A DNA stretch of 64,000 nt from Deltaproteobacteria bacterium (GTDB taxonomy: Bacteria > Myxococcota > B64-G9). The stretch covers positions 389 through 64,388 of the forward strand of contig JAFGRB010000178.1 of assembly GCA_016935365.1 (NCBI GenBank), read 5' to 3'. The notes under the pieces are model-generated. The model did not search any database and was not told where the DNA came from. It was given only the letters and a program-made list of their open reading frames with translations. The stretch's first letter is position 1. The number at the start of each line of letters is the position of its first letter. Below, piece after piece: positions 19,245-29,442 of the stretch. The translations under genes and the position numbers were made by a program.

Positions 19245-19816
19245 TTCCCGGTCAGCTTCCAGTCGTCGAGGGCCACCAGGTAGGCCGGATCTCTCTGGAT
19301 ATCCTCGGAGAGAAAGACGATCTCCGCGGTGTGAAACAGTGCGCTCTTGATCTTGTCAGCCATCCGCTGGCCGATCTCCTCTTCCGAGGCACCCCGCTTC
19401 CGCCCGGCCCGCTGCAGCTGCTCGATCTGCTTCTGGAGCGCCTCCTGATCCACCCCGTCCACCATCTGCTCCAGGCTGAGCTTGATGTCCTTCTTGCTCA
19501 AGCGAGCCACCGACGCCATGGCGATCCGCACCCCGCCGATGAAGAACTCCTTGGACTCGGCCCCCTGTACGCTGAGCCCCACATACTCCAGCGCCCCCTC
19601 CACCCGGTACACCGGCGCCCCGGAGGCCGGACGCTTCTTGTAGAGCCTCTCGAATGCGTCCTGCTCGTCCGCGTTAAGGTGGCGAGCCGGCTCGAGCTCG
19701 GCCATGACGCGGGCGTGACGTTTCTTTAACGAGCCCCGACTGGAGAAGTAGGAGATCAGGCTGAAGATGCTGAACGCCAGGACGAGCAGCATCAATACGA
19801 TGTAGAGCACTTCCAA
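19241..19816 (-). CDS. Membrane-anchored hypothetical protein
   Basis: N-terminal TM helix; ATGA overlap with the downstream TPR gene. Confidence 0.55.
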   Translation of the reverse strand: MEVLYIVLMLLVLAFSIFSLISYFSSRGSLKKRHARVMAELEPARHLNADEQDAFERLYKKRPASGAPVYRVEGALEYVGLSVQGAESKEFFIGGVRIAMASVARLSKKDIKLSLEQMVDGVDQEALQKQIEQLQRAGRKRGASEEEIGQRMADKIKSALFHTAEIVFLSEDIQRDPAYLVALDDWKLTGK

Positions 19817-19839
19817 GGCCGTCTCCTCACTCAGCGCTC

Positions 19840-22800
19840 TTGCATGTCACGGCCGCATGGTACCATATTCCCAACGTGGAACCGACCGTCGTCCACACGC
19901 CGGCCGAGTTGGGCGTGCGCCTGATCGAGTTCCTGCGGGAGCTGGAGAGCCGGCTCGGCCGCCGGGCCGCGGTGCTCGTGCCGCGCGAGGCGCTGGCGCA
20001 CGCGCTCCGGCGCCGGGTGCTGGAGGAGACCGACGGCGCGGCCTTGCTCGCCGGGGTGGCCTTCCTCAAGCCGGATGCCTTCGCGGCCGAGATCTGCGCC
20101 CGGGCGGGCCGGCCCCTGGGCGCCGGCATCGAGAGCGCCTGGCCCGCCGTGCTCGCCCAGCTGATCGAGGACGGCGCCCTGGACGGCGAGCTGCGCACCC
20201 TCGACGCGGATCACCTCCGCGCCCACGAGGCCTACCCGCGGGCCATCCAGTCCTGCCTGCTGGAGCTGGACGCGGCCGGCCTGGGGGCCGAGCAGCTCTT
20301 CTCGCTCAAGGGCGAGCTGCCGGGTGCGAGCCGCGACCGGCTCCACGATCTGGCGGTCTTCCGGCACGCCCTGGACGCCCGGCTCGGCGGCCAGACCCGC
20401 ACCCGGGCCGACCTGCGGCGCGAGGCCGTCAGGTGCCTGCGCGCCTCGCCGGCGCTGGCCCGCGCCTTCGGCCCGGTCTGCATCGTCAGCCTGGAGCGCC
20501 ACGAGCGCTCGCTCTGGCCGCTCCAGCAGGCGCTGGGCCCGGTGCCCGTTCTGCGGCTCGATCCTGGCGAGGGAGACGAGCCGGCGCCCCGCCTGGACCG
20601 GCTCGACTTCGAGCTCAGCCTCCACGGCGGCTGCCAGGACGAGATCGACGCCGCGGCTTGCTGGGTCGAGCGCCAGGTGCTCGAGCGGGGCGTGCCCCTG
20701 GGCGAGCTGGCCCTGGTGGGCACCGACCGTCAGCTCATGGCCTGCCTGGCCCAGGAGCTCGAGGTGCTCGTCGGCGAGCAGGGCCTGATCGCCGAGCAGC
20801 CCGCGCTGGCCACCTCCGAGGGCGCGCTGGTCGAGCTCGGCCTGGATGCCGTCCTGGCGGGCCTGCCCCGGGAGATGCTGCTCGACTTCCTGGCGGGCGT
20901 GGATCCCGACTTCTCGCCGGGCACCGCCCTCCGCGCGCTCGACTCCGCAGCGATGCTGGGCGGGCGAGCCGGGGCCTGCAGTGCCTGGCGCCAGCGGCTG
21001 GGCGCGCTGCAGCCCGACCTGCTACAGCGCATCGCGCCGCTTCTCGATCTGGCCGAGCTCGTCGAGCGGGACGCCCCCCTGCCGCAGACCATCCAGGCCT
21101 TCCTGGGCCTCTTGGATCTCTTCCCGGACCGGAGCGCCGACGCACGCTACGGCCAAGCCGATGAGGCCCACGGGCCCATCGAGCTGATCCGCCAGGAGAG
21201 CGAGGCGCTGCTTCGGGTGCTCCGGCCTGCGAGCTCGCTGCTTCGCGGCCGGAGCGGCCTGCGGACCTTGGCGGATGCGGTCGGGCAGATGCGCGTGCGC
21301 AGCGGGCGCTACGGCCAGGCCCGGATCTGGCTGGACACGCCCGAGCGCACGGCGGGCCTGCCTTTCGAGGCCCTGCGCTTCGTCGGCCTGTGCGAGGGCA
21401 GCATCCCGCCCAGCCCCAGCGAGGATCCGCTGCTGTCCGACATCGACCGGGGGCGGCTGCTGGCCGTGCTGCCCGAGCTTCAGCGCCCGCAGCTGGTCCT
21501 GAAGGCCGACCTGGCCAGGGAGAGCAAGCGGGCCGCCATCGCCTGCGCGCTGGCCACACGTCGGAGCCTGTCCGCCAGCGCGGCCCGGCAGCAGATCGGC
21601 GGCGAGCAGCGCGAGCCGAGCACCTTCCTGCTGGAGCTGGCCGCCTGGACCGGTCAGCGCTTCGGCGAGGGCTCACCGCTGCCGAGCCTGTCCGAGCTGC
21701 GCCGGCACTTCGCCACCCCCGCCAAGCGGCGGCTCGCCGACTGGAAGCAGCGCCACCCGCACGGCTTCGCGCGCAAGGCGAGCTGCCTGGGCCAACGCGG
21801 TGACGCGGTCTGCGTGCCCGCCGGCTGGCTGCAGGACGGCGCGCTCCAGGCCACGGCCGCGCTCATGCGGGCCGCCGCGGACGAGGCCAGCTCGAGCCAG
21901 GCCGACGGCCTGGCCGGCGAGGCGCCCGATCGCCCCGGGCTGCCGGACGGCGCCAGCCTGAGCGTCCGGGAGCTCACGCTCCTGCTCGCCTGCCCGCTGC
22001 GCTTCGCCCGGGAGGTCCTGCTCGGCCTGCAGCCGCCCGCCGCCTTCGGCTCGGCCTGGGAGCTGGATGCGCGCATCCGCGGCAGCCTCCTGCACCGCGT
22101 GGTGCAGCGGATCTTCAACGCCTTCGGCCAGCAGGTGCTCGACCGGAGCGACGCGATCGCGGACCGCGCCAGCGCCATCCTCGACGAGGAGCTCGAGCGC
22201 CAGCTCGGCCGCTACCCGCTCGACGGCCCGGCCATCGAGGCCGCGGAGCGGAAGCGGCTCCGGCAGCTCGTGTCCAACGTCATCGACACCTACCGCCACG
22301 CGGGGCTGAGCCGCTTCTGCAGGGCCGAGCAGCCGATCGGCCCCCTGCTGCTCGCCACGCCCGCGGGCGCGCTACACCTGTCGGGCAGGATCGACCTCGT
22401 CTTCGAGCGGCCCGGCGGTGCGCTGGCCGTTCACGACCTGAAGACCGGCCGCGCCAGGCTCCTGGATGCGCGCAAGGCCGCCGAGGACGAACTCGACCTG
22501 GCCGACCTCCAGGTCCTGGTCTACGAGGCCGCCCTGCGGCAGCAGCTCGAGCAAGACGGCGATCCGCTCCTCGGCGCATCCAGCGTGGGCGAGGCCGGGC
22601 TCGTCTTCGCGAGCGCCGGCCGGGCGCTGCGCCAGCGGGTGCTCGCGGGCAGCGCCCTGGATGCCGGCCGGAGCTGGGCGCAGCGCTGCCTGGCCCTGGC
22701 CCGGGAGCTGCTGCAGCGAGGCGCCTTCGTGGCCACGCCGAATCCCGACGATTGCAGCTACTGCCCCTTCTCGTCCGTCTGCGGCGATCGGGCGCCCGAG

Positions 22801-22905
22801 GCCAGCCAGGCGAAGCTCGAGGCCCAGCAGGGCCGCGCAGATCCTCCCGTGCCGCCGGATCTGCTGGCGCTGCGCGCCGGGGCAGCGAGGCGACGAGATG
22901 GCTGA
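19840..22905 (+). CDS. AddB-like PD-(D/E)xK nuclease subunit (no Walker A) with C-terminal Fe-S Cys cluster
   Basis: C-terminal RecB-type nuclease motif GRIDLVFER...HDLKTG and CSYCPFSSVC; 8-nt overlap with addA; an alternative GTG start lies at 19876. Confidence 0.7.
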   Translation: MHVTAAWYHIPNVEPTVVHTPAELGVRLIEFLRELESRLGRRAAVLVPREALAHALRRRVLEETDGAALLAGVAFLKPDAFAAEICARAGRPLGAGIESAWPAVLAQLIEDGALDGELRTLDADHLRAHEAYPRAIQSCLLELDAAGLGAEQLFSLKGELPGASRDRLHDLAVFRHALDARLGGQTRTRADLRREAVRCLRASPALARAFGPVCIVSLERHERSLWPLQQALGPVPVLRLDPGEGDEPAPRLDRLDFELSLHGGCQDEIDAAACWVERQVLERGVPLGELALVGTDRQLMACLAQELEVLVGEQGLIAEQPALATSEGALVELGLDAVLAGLPREMLLDFLAGVDPDFSPGTALRALDSAAMLGGRAGACSAWRQRLGALQPDLLQRIAPLLDLAELVERDAPLPQTIQAFLGLLDLFPDRSADARYGQADEAHGPIELIRQESEALLRVLRPASSLLRGRSGLRTLADAVGQMRVRSGRYGQARIWLDTPERTAGLPFEALRFVGLCEGSIPPSPSEDPLLSDIDRGRLLAVLPELQRPQLVLKADLARESKRAAIACALATRRSLSASAARQQIGGEQREPSTFLLELAAWTGQRFGEGSPLPSLSELRRHFATPAKRRLADWKQRHPHGFARKASCLGQRGDAVCVPAGWLQDGALQATAALMRAAADEASSSQADGLAGEAPDRPGLPDGASLSVRELTLLLACPLRFAREVLLGLQPPAAFGSAWELDARIRGSLLHRVVQRIFNAFGQQVLDRSDAIADRASAILDEELERQLGRYPLDGPAIEAAERKRLRQLVSNVIDTYRHAGLSRFCRAEQPIGPLLLATPAGALHLSGRIDLVFERPGGALAVHDLKTGRARLLDARKAAEDELDLADLQVLVYEAALRQQLEQDGDPLLGASSVGEAGLVFASAGRALRQRVLAGSALDAGRSWAQRCLALARELLQRGAFVATPNPDDCSYCPFSSVCGDRAPEASQAKLEAQQGRADPPVPPDLLALRAGAARRRDG

Positions 22906-25900
22906 GCGCCTCGGAGATCAGGACGCCCGGGATCGGATCGTGCTCGAGCACGGGCGCAACGTGGTGGTCAAGGCCGGCGCGGGCAGCGGAAAGACCCACA
23001 CTCTGATCACCCGCCTGGTCGAGCTGGTCGCCCCGTCGCGTGAGGGCGTCGATCCCATCCCGCTCCGGCGCATCGCGGCCATCTCCTTCACCCGGCGCTC
23101 AGCCGGCGATCTCAAGCTGCAGGCCCGCCGGCGATTGCTGATGGCCCTGGAGACCGCGCGCGAGGCGCCGGTCCGCCGCGAGCTTTTGCGGCGGGCGATC
23201 GGCGAGATGGACGGCGCCTTCTTCGGCACCATCCACTCCTTCGCGCTGCGAATCCTGCAGTCCCGACCGATCGAGTCCGGCCTGGGCCCGGGCCGGGAGC
23301 TCCTGGAGGATACCGCCGACCTGGCGGAGGAGACCTTCGAGGAGCTGCTGCGCTCGGCCCAGCTCGAACGGCTGTCCGAGGTCCTGGACGAAGAGCTCGA
23401 TCCCGCCAGGGTCCAGGAGGTCGAGAAGACCCTGGAGCTCGCGCTCGACGCCGGGCTCCCCCGTCGGACGGCCGGCACCGGCTATGGCCGCAGGTTCGGT
23501 CTCGACGCGCTCATCGCCGAGCTGATCGACAAGCGGGACATCGAGCTGGACCCGCCCCTGCCCCGGGCGCCGAGGCTTTCCGACCTGCGCCCGGAGATCC
23601 GCTCGATCCTGGAGGAGGCCGCCCGGCTCCGGGGCGCGAGCCGGGCCGTGGCCCTGATGCAGGGCTTCGCGCTCGAGCTCGGGCAGCTCGACGAAGGCCT
23701 GCAGGGCGGGGATCTGGTGATTGAGCTCCAGCGCCTCTTCGAGCCCCTGGCCGATCTCGACAAGCTCTACGCCCAGAACCCCCAGGACTTTCCCCAGGAC
23801 GACCACAGGCGCGCCCGCGGTCTGGCGGTGGCGCTTCTGGACAAGCCGCTGCAGAGCGGTCGCTTCGCCTCGCGCAGGCTCCGCAGCGAGCTGCTCGGAC
23901 CAGGCCATGCCTACCTGGCCTGCCGTCTGATGCGCATCGCGCCCGTCGTGCGCTGCCTGTACGATCGGGTCAAGCGCCGGCGGGCCGTGCTCGACTACAC
24001 CGACGTGCTGCTGCTGCTGGCGCGCGCGCTGCGAGACGAGACCGGATTCAGGACCGAGGTCCAGGCGCTCTTCGATCACATCCTGCTCGACGAATGCCAG
24101 GACAACGACCCCCTGCAGGTCGAGATCATCTCCTTCCTGGCGGAGCAAGGAGCCCGGGCGCGGCACTGGCGGGAGGTGCGCTTCAGGCCCGGAGCGCTGA
24201 CCGTGGTGGGGGATCCCAAGCAGAGCATCTACCGCTTCCGCCGGGCCGACATCGCCATCTACGAGGACTTCACCCGAGCGCTCGAGGAGCAGGGCGCGCT
24301 GTGCGAGATCTTGACCTGCAACTTCCGCTCCCGGCCCGAGCTCATCTGCGAGGTCTTCAACAAGCAGGGCCCCGTCCTGCTGCGACGGGTCGACCGGCCA
24401 GCCGGCCAGGCCGAATTCCAGGATCTCACGCCGGCGGGCAACGTCCAGCCGGCCGGCGATGCCGTGGTGCACCGGATCGACTTCGCGGCCCCGGCCCACA
24501 TCCGGCGCCGCGAGGCGCGCCGCTTCGAGGCCGAGGCCATCGCCGCCTACCTGGACGAGCTGCTCCGGGGCGGGCTGGACGTCGAGATCCGCGATCCCGA
24601 CTGCCCGGACGAGCAGCGCGCGCCCCGGCCAGGCGACGTGGTCATCCTGTGCCGCAGCACCTTCGATCTGGATCTCCTCTCGGCGTCTTTGGATCGCCGG
24701 GGCATCGCGCACCTCAAGCGCGGCGGCAAGACCTCCATGCAGGACCCCGCCCTGCGGGCTCTGCTGCTGGCCCTGCGGGCGGTGTCCGATCCGGACGACG
24801 GCGTCGCCCACGCGGCGCTGCTCGCCCCGCCTTTCTTCCCGCTCAGCCTGGCAGACGAGCTGGCCGCGCGCAGCGGCGAGGCCTGCGAGGCGCACCGGGC
24901 TGCGATCCGGCTGCTCGAGGCCCTGCGCCGCCGACGCCACGAGCGGCCCCTGCTGCGCACGGCCAGCCTGCTCATGGAGCAGAGCCAGTTCGCCAGGCTG
25001 GTCTCGGTCCTGCCCAACGGCAGGCAGAGGCTGGCCCTGATCCGCCAGGCCCTCGCCCTGCTGCAGTCCGAGGCGGCCCGCCGAGGTCTGGACTTCGATC
25101 GGGCCACCGCGCTGGGACGATGCTGGGTGGAGCGGCCGCCGCGCTTCGATCCGGCCGAGCCGGACACGGTCGACGCGGTCCGCATCTTCACGACCCACCA
25201 GTCCAAGGGCCTGGAGTTTCCGATCGTCGTGCTCTGGGACGCGCAGGCCGGACGGCCCAGCGGTCCGAGGAGCGCGAGCGCGCTCGAGCTCGCGCGGGAC
25301 GGGAGCCAGTGGAGCCTGAAGATCGGCTGGGTGCACCACGACAGCTCAGACGGCGGTCTGGCTGAGCTGGACGGCGCCCTGGACCGGCTCGAGCGGGATC
25401 GGCTCTACTACGTGGCCACGACGCGCACCCGAGACCTGCTCGCGATCCCCTTTCTGCGCAGCCCGGGCGCGGGCGGCTCGTACCACGCGCTCCTCGTCCA
25501 CCAGATCGCCGCACCCGGCGTGGTCCGGATCATCGATCTCACCGAGATCGAGCGGGCCGCGCCGAGCATGCCGCTGCCCGAGCTGGTGCCCGACGAGCCG
25601 ATCCAGCAGGCCAGCTTCGAGAGCCAGGAGGCCTGGACGGCCGCCCTCGCGGAGAGCGCCCGGCCCAGGATGCGGCCCCGGGCGCCGAGCAGCCGAGCGG
25701 GCGCCGAGCCGGATCCGGCCCCGCCCCGCTACGGTCCGGACTTCGGGACCCTGGTCCACCGGGCCCTCGAGCTGCTGCTCTCGGGAGCGCGCGAGCGGGT
25801 CGAGGACGCCTTCGAGGTGGCCTTCGCGGAGCAGCCCGCGGGCCCGCGCGAGGAAGCGCTGGCCGACGTGCGCCGGGCGATCGCGGCGCTGGACGGCCTG

Positions 25901-26224
25901 CAGCTCCGCCGGGAAGGCATGCTGCTGCTGCCCGAGTATCGCCTGGCCGCGCCCCGGCCCGTCGAGGACGGCAGCGAGCTCGTGGCCGGGCAGATGGACC
26001 TGCTGGCGCTCAGCGGCCGGGAGGCGTGGATCATCGACTTCAAGACCGACCAGGACCTGGGTCCGCACGCCCACGCCCACTACGAGCAGCAGCTCGAGCA
26101 GTACGCCTACATGCTGCGCCGCACCGGCCTGATCGGCAGCCGCGAGATCAAGCAGGCCCTGCTCTTCACCCAGACCGGGCGGGTGCACGTGCTAGGCGGG
26201 CAGCTCAGCCTCCCTTTCGAGTAG
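22898..26224 (+). CDS. addA: AddA/UvrD-family helicase-nuclease
   Basis: Walker A AGAGSGKT, FGTIHSF, helicase motifs, and C-terminal IIDFKTD RecB-like nuclease. Confidence 0.8.
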   Translation: MAERLGDQDARDRIVLEHGRNVVVKAGAGSGKTHTLITRLVELVAPSREGVDPIPLRRIAAISFTRRSAGDLKLQARRRLLMALETAREAPVRRELLRRAIGEMDGAFFGTIHSFALRILQSRPIESGLGPGRELLEDTADLAEETFEELLRSAQLERLSEVLDEELDPARVQEVEKTLELALDAGLPRRTAGTGYGRRFGLDALIAELIDKRDIELDPPLPRAPRLSDLRPEIRSILEEAARLRGASRAVALMQGFALELGQLDEGLQGGDLVIELQRLFEPLADLDKLYAQNPQDFPQDDHRRARGLAVALLDKPLQSGRFASRRLRSELLGPGHAYLACRLMRIAPVVRCLYDRVKRRRAVLDYTDVLLLLARALRDETGFRTEVQALFDHILLDECQDNDPLQVEIISFLAEQGARARHWREVRFRPGALTVVGDPKQSIYRFRRADIAIYEDFTRALEEQGALCEILTCNFRSRPELICEVFNKQGPVLLRRVDRPAGQAEFQDLTPAGNVQPAGDAVVHRIDFAAPAHIRRREARRFEAEAIAAYLDELLRGGLDVEIRDPDCPDEQRAPRPGDVVILCRSTFDLDLLSASLDRRGIAHLKRGGKTSMQDPALRALLLALRAVSDPDDGVAHAALLAPPFFPLSLADELAARSGEACEAHRAAIRLLEALRRRRHERPLLRTASLLMEQSQFARLVSVLPNGRQRLALIRQALALLQSEAARRGLDFDRATALGRCWVERPPRFDPAEPDTVDAVRIFTTHQSKGLEFPIVVLWDAQAGRPSGPRSASALELARDGSQWSLKIGWVHHDSSDGGLAELDGALDRLERDRLYYVATTRTRDLLAIPFLRSPGAGGSYHALLVHQIAAPGVVRIIDLTEIERAAPSMPLPELVPDEPIQQASFESQEAWTAALAESARPRMRPRAPSSRAGAEPDPAPPRYGPDFGTLVHRALELLLSGARERVEDAFEVAFAEQPAGPREEALADVRRAIAALDGLQLRREGMLLLPEYRLAAPRPVEDGSELVAGQMDLLALSGREAWIIDFKTDQDLGPHAHAHYEQQLEQYAYMLRRTGLIGSREIKQALLFTQTGRVHVLGGQLSLPFE

Positions 26225-26322
26225 CGTTGGCGTATTTGCGCGGCGCATCGCGACTCGGCTCTCCCCGCCGGCGTCGGCTCCTCGGGCCGATCCGCGATGC
26301 GGGGTTCGAGGTGCGGCGCGGC

Positions 26323-26646
26323 TCAGGGCAGGCCCGGGAAGGCGTCCACGTACTGGATCTTGATGTCGGGAAAGGCGTCCACGATCTGGACCTTGATGTC
26401 CGGGAAGGCGTCGACGATCTGCCACTTGCCGCACTTGTCCGGGAACGCGTTGACCTTCTTGACCTTGAGGTCCGGGAAGGCCTTGACCACCTGGATCTTG
26501 ATGTCCGGAAAGGCCTTGACGAACTTCACCTTGCCGTAGAGCTTCTTGCCCTTGAAATGGCAGTCCGGTCCCACCTTGCCGGCCAGGGCCGTCGAGCTCG
26601 AGAGCAGGACGGCGAGCCAGACGAGCGCCATGCGCAATCCCCGCAT
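26323..26646 (-). CDS. Secreted 107-aa protein built from ~6 decapeptide repeats (x-V-x-AFPDIK-I/V-Q)
   Basis: Signal peptide MRGLRMALVWLAVLLSSSTALA; encoded by 30-bp tandem DNA repeats. Confidence 0.6.
   Translation of the reverse strand: MRGLRMALVWLAVLLSSSTALAGKVGPDCHFKGKKLYGKVKFVKAFPDIKIQVVKAFPDLKVKKVNAFPDKCGKWQIVDAFPDIKVQIVDAFPDIKIQYVDAFPGLP
26330..26550. repeat. ~30-bp tandem repeat (x6-7), in-frame within the small secreted protein gene
   Basis: Repeated ggcgtccacgatctggaccttgatgtccgggaa-like units. Confidence 0.7.
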
Positions 26647-26687
26647 GCGATATCCTCACTCTGTCTTCGGCGTGTACGGATCGAGGC

Positions 26688-27179
26688 TCAGTTGAAGATC
26701 TTCTCCAGCTCCCGCTCGACCACCTTCTCCTTGACGTTGCGCGCGATGCTGATCTCCTTGATGAGGAGATTGCGCGCCGTATCGAGCATCTTGCGCTCGC
26801 CGAAGCTGAGATCCTTGTCGAACTTGAGCAGGCACAGGTCCCTGAGCACCTCGGCGATGTCGAAGATGGATCCGGTCTTGATCTTCTCCATGTACTCCCG
26901 GTAGCGTCGATTCCAGGTCTGGCTCTTGCCCGAGTTGCCGTTCTTCTGCTTGAGAATCTTGTAGACTTCCTTGACCTTGCTCTTCGGGATGACCTCCCGC
27001 AGGCCCACCGAGTCAACCTTGTCCGTCGGGATCATGATCTTCATGCCGTTATCGAGAATGCGGAGCACATAGACATGCTGCTTGAAGCCCATGATCTCCC
27101 GCTTCTCGATGCCCATCACCTCGCCCACTCCGTGAGCTGGGTACACAGCCTTGTCACCTACCTTGAAGTTGGACTCCAT
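26688..27179 (-). CDS. CarD/CdnL-family RNAP-binding transcription regulator
   Basis: FKVGDKAVYPAHGVGEV N-terminal Tudor-like domain; 163 aa. Confidence 0.85.
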   Translation of the reverse strand: MESNFKVGDKAVYPAHGVGEVMGIEKREIMGFKQHVYVLRILDNGMKIMIPTDKVDSVGLREVIPKSKVKEVYKILKQKNGNSGKSQTWNRRYREYMEKIKTGSIFDIAEVLRDLCLLKFDKDLSFGERKMLDTARNLLIKEISIARNVKEKVVERELEKIFN

Positions 27180-27525
27180 AGACGCTCCTTCTAAAAAAGG
27201 AAAGTCTAGACCAAGAAACTACCCACACCCCCAGGGGTCCAGGGAGGCTAGCATACATACCCGCTTCGGGTCAAGACAAATCCTCCCGGCCGCTCTGTTG
27301 CATACAAAACTGGCATGGATCTGGCTGTATTCCCGCCCGGAGCTCGCCTCGCTGCTCGGAAGCTGCGCGGCCAGGTCAGAGAGAGAAGAAAAAACGACGA
27401 CTTGCAGCCAGACCCGGGACCGCTCTGACAGCCTGCCGTCAGGAAAGCCGACAGGTCTGTCGACATCCATCCGCACAGGAGATACACTTGGCTGCCCGTT
27501 TTCCACGCCTCCCAGGAGGTCGACC

Positions 27526-29007
27526 ATGCTCGGATCGGGTAGATGGCCCGTGCTCGCGGCACTGGCGCTGCTCTGCATCGCGAGGCCCTGCACGGCCCGC
27601 GAGCTCACGCTCGACCAGGCCCGCGAACGGGCCCGGACGCACAACCTCGGCCTCCAGGCCGCCCGGGAGAGGCTTCACCAGGTCGGGCTGACGGTGGACA
27701 AGGCCTGGGTCATGGTCAAGCCCCAGCTCACCGCCACGGGCACTTACACCCACCACGGCACCGAGGCGGGCATCGAGTTCCCCGACATCACCACCATCCA
27801 GTACTCGCTGGATCCGGCCGAGTGCGACGGCGATCCCTTCTGCATCACCGGCTTCGAGCGCTATAACCGCTTCACTATCCAGAAGCAGGACAGCTTCGGC
27901 TTCTCGGCCGTGCTGAGTCAGCCCCTCTTTCTCGCCCGGGCCTACACGACGATCTCGAACGCCTACCACGCCCGCGACCTGGCGGAGCTCAACCACGAGA
28001 ACCTGGAGGACTTCCTGCTCCACAGCGTGGAGATGGCCTACTACGGTGCCCTGGGCGCGGAGAAGCTGCTGGCCATCGCGCGCAACTCGGCCGAGATCCG
28101 GCGCGAGCACCTCCGGGTGGCCCGCGCCAAGTTCGAGGTCGGCGATGCGCCCAAGATCACGGCGCTTCGGGCCGAGATCGACGTGAACCGCTGCGAGCAG
28201 GACGTCAAGCGGGCGGAGAACGCCCTCGAGCTATCCAAGGAGGCCCTGGGCCTGCTGACCGATCTGCCGGCGGAGGAGATCGACCTGGTGCCCCCGGAGC
28301 CAGCCCGCCGGCCGGCCCGCAGCATGCAGGCCTTCATCGACGAGGCGCTCGGCCATCGCCGCGACCTGCAGACGGCCCGCACCGAGCACGCCATGGCCGA
28401 GAAGCTCGAGCAGGACGCCTGGGCGCGCTTCCTGCCCAGCCTGGCCCTGACCGGCATGTTCCGCGTCTCGGACGTCAAGGGCTTCACCGACGAGTACTAC
28501 AGCTGGAACGTGGGGCTGGCGCTGTCCATCCCGCTCTACGACGGGGGCATGCGCTACGCGGCCCTCGAGGAGGCCCGCTCGAAGATCCGCCAGGCCGAGA
28601 TCGAGATCGAGGAGACCCGCCGCAAGATCGCAAGCGAGATCCGCCAGCTGTGGCTCAAGGTGGAGATGGCGGAAGCCAACCTGGAAAAGGCCCGCCGCTC
28701 GGTCGAGCTGGCCCGGGAGCAGGTGGAGCTGTCGCGCGTCTCGTTCGAGGCTGGCGCCGTGACCAACCTCGAGGTACTGGACGCCAACTCCATGCTCTTC
28801 GTGGCCGAGACCACGGTCGTCCAGGAGGAGCTCAACCTCCAGCTGGCCATCGTGCGCCTGAGCAAGTCGGTCACGATGTTCAATCCCGCAGGCAGCCTGG
28901 GGGCCGCGGGCGTGAGCGTCGAGCCGGGCCCGGCCGCGGCCGAGGCCTCCCTGCCCGCCTCCGGCATGTCCCTGCCCGCAGCCCTCTCCGGGCTGGGCGG
29001 GATGTGA
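27526..29007 (+). CDS. TolC-family outer membrane efflux protein
   Basis: Signal peptide and duplicated coiled-coil/beta repeats of the OEP family; GGAGG SD. Confidence 0.75.
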   Translation: MLGSGRWPVLAALALLCIARPCTARELTLDQARERARTHNLGLQAARERLHQVGLTVDKAWVMVKPQLTATGTYTHHGTEAGIEFPDITTIQYSLDPAECDGDPFCITGFERYNRFTIQKQDSFGFSAVLSQPLFLARAYTTISNAYHARDLAELNHENLEDFLLHSVEMAYYGALGAEKLLAIARNSAEIRREHLRVARAKFEVGDAPKITALRAEIDVNRCEQDVKRAENALELSKEALGLLTDLPAEEIDLVPPEPARRPARSMQAFIDEALGHRRDLQTARTEHAMAEKLEQDAWARFLPSLALTGMFRVSDVKGFTDEYYSWNVGLALSIPLYDGGMRYAALEEARSKIRQAEIEIEETRRKIASEIRQLWLKVEMAEANLEKARRSVELAREQVELSRVSFEAGAVTNLEVLDANSMLFVAETTVVQEELNLQLAIVRLSKSVTMFNPAGSLGAAGVSVEPGPAAAEASLPASGMSLPAALSGLGGM

Positions 29008-29412
29008 TCAGCGATCTCGCTCGCGCTGCAGCTCCAGCAGGTCCTGCCTGAGCGCCTTCTGCAGGTCCTTGGCCCCAGCGTCCGGCGCGCCCCTGGTCGG
29101 CAGCGCCTCCGCCTCGTAGCCCTCGCCCCTGGGGCGGGCCACCGCCCGCTTGAATCCGTCGACGACGATCACCGCCGCGCGCCGCGCCGGGGGGATGTCC
29201 TCGTAGCGCGCGGTCCGGATCACGTTGCCGAAATCGTCCAGGTAGAGAAATTCCCGCCCGCGCTTCGGGCGCTTGTCTATCTCGCCCAAGTCCAGCGCCT
29301 CGTCGCTGATGCGGACCTTGACGGCCGCACCGGGGTCGGGGTCGTCCTCGCAGCCCCCGAGCGGGCCGATCAGCACACAGACCGCGCAGGCGATAAGCAC
29401 ACAGCCCCTCAA
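29008..29412 (-). CDS. Hypothetical lipoprotein
   Basis: Signal peptide with lipobox LGGC. Confidence 0.5.
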   Translation of the reverse strand: MRGCVLIACAVCVLIGPLGGCEDDPDPGAAVKVRISDEALDLGEIDKRPKRGREFLYLDDFGNVIRTARYEDIPPARRAAVIVVDGFKRAVARPRGEGYEAEALPTRGAPDAGAKDLQKALRQDLLELQRERDR

Positions 29413-29442
29413 GACCGTCCTCCTCTCCGCTCGGCGCGCACC

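Noticed and set aside
17374-19283. 614-aa minus and 560-aa plus ORFs overlapping the TPR-like gene
   Set aside because: Compositionally biased antisense or off-frame ORFs. The chosen frame has a signal peptide and helical repeat character.
20735-25339. Multiple long minus-strand ORFs inside addB-like/addA
   Set aside because: Antisense to genes with Walker A and RecB nuclease motifs; Arg/Pro/Gly-rich.
26330-26550. Possible CRISPR array suggested by regular ~30-bp repeats
   Set aside because: The repeats are directly contiguous with no spacers, lie in-frame inside a signal-peptide-bearing ORF, and have no cas genes nearby.
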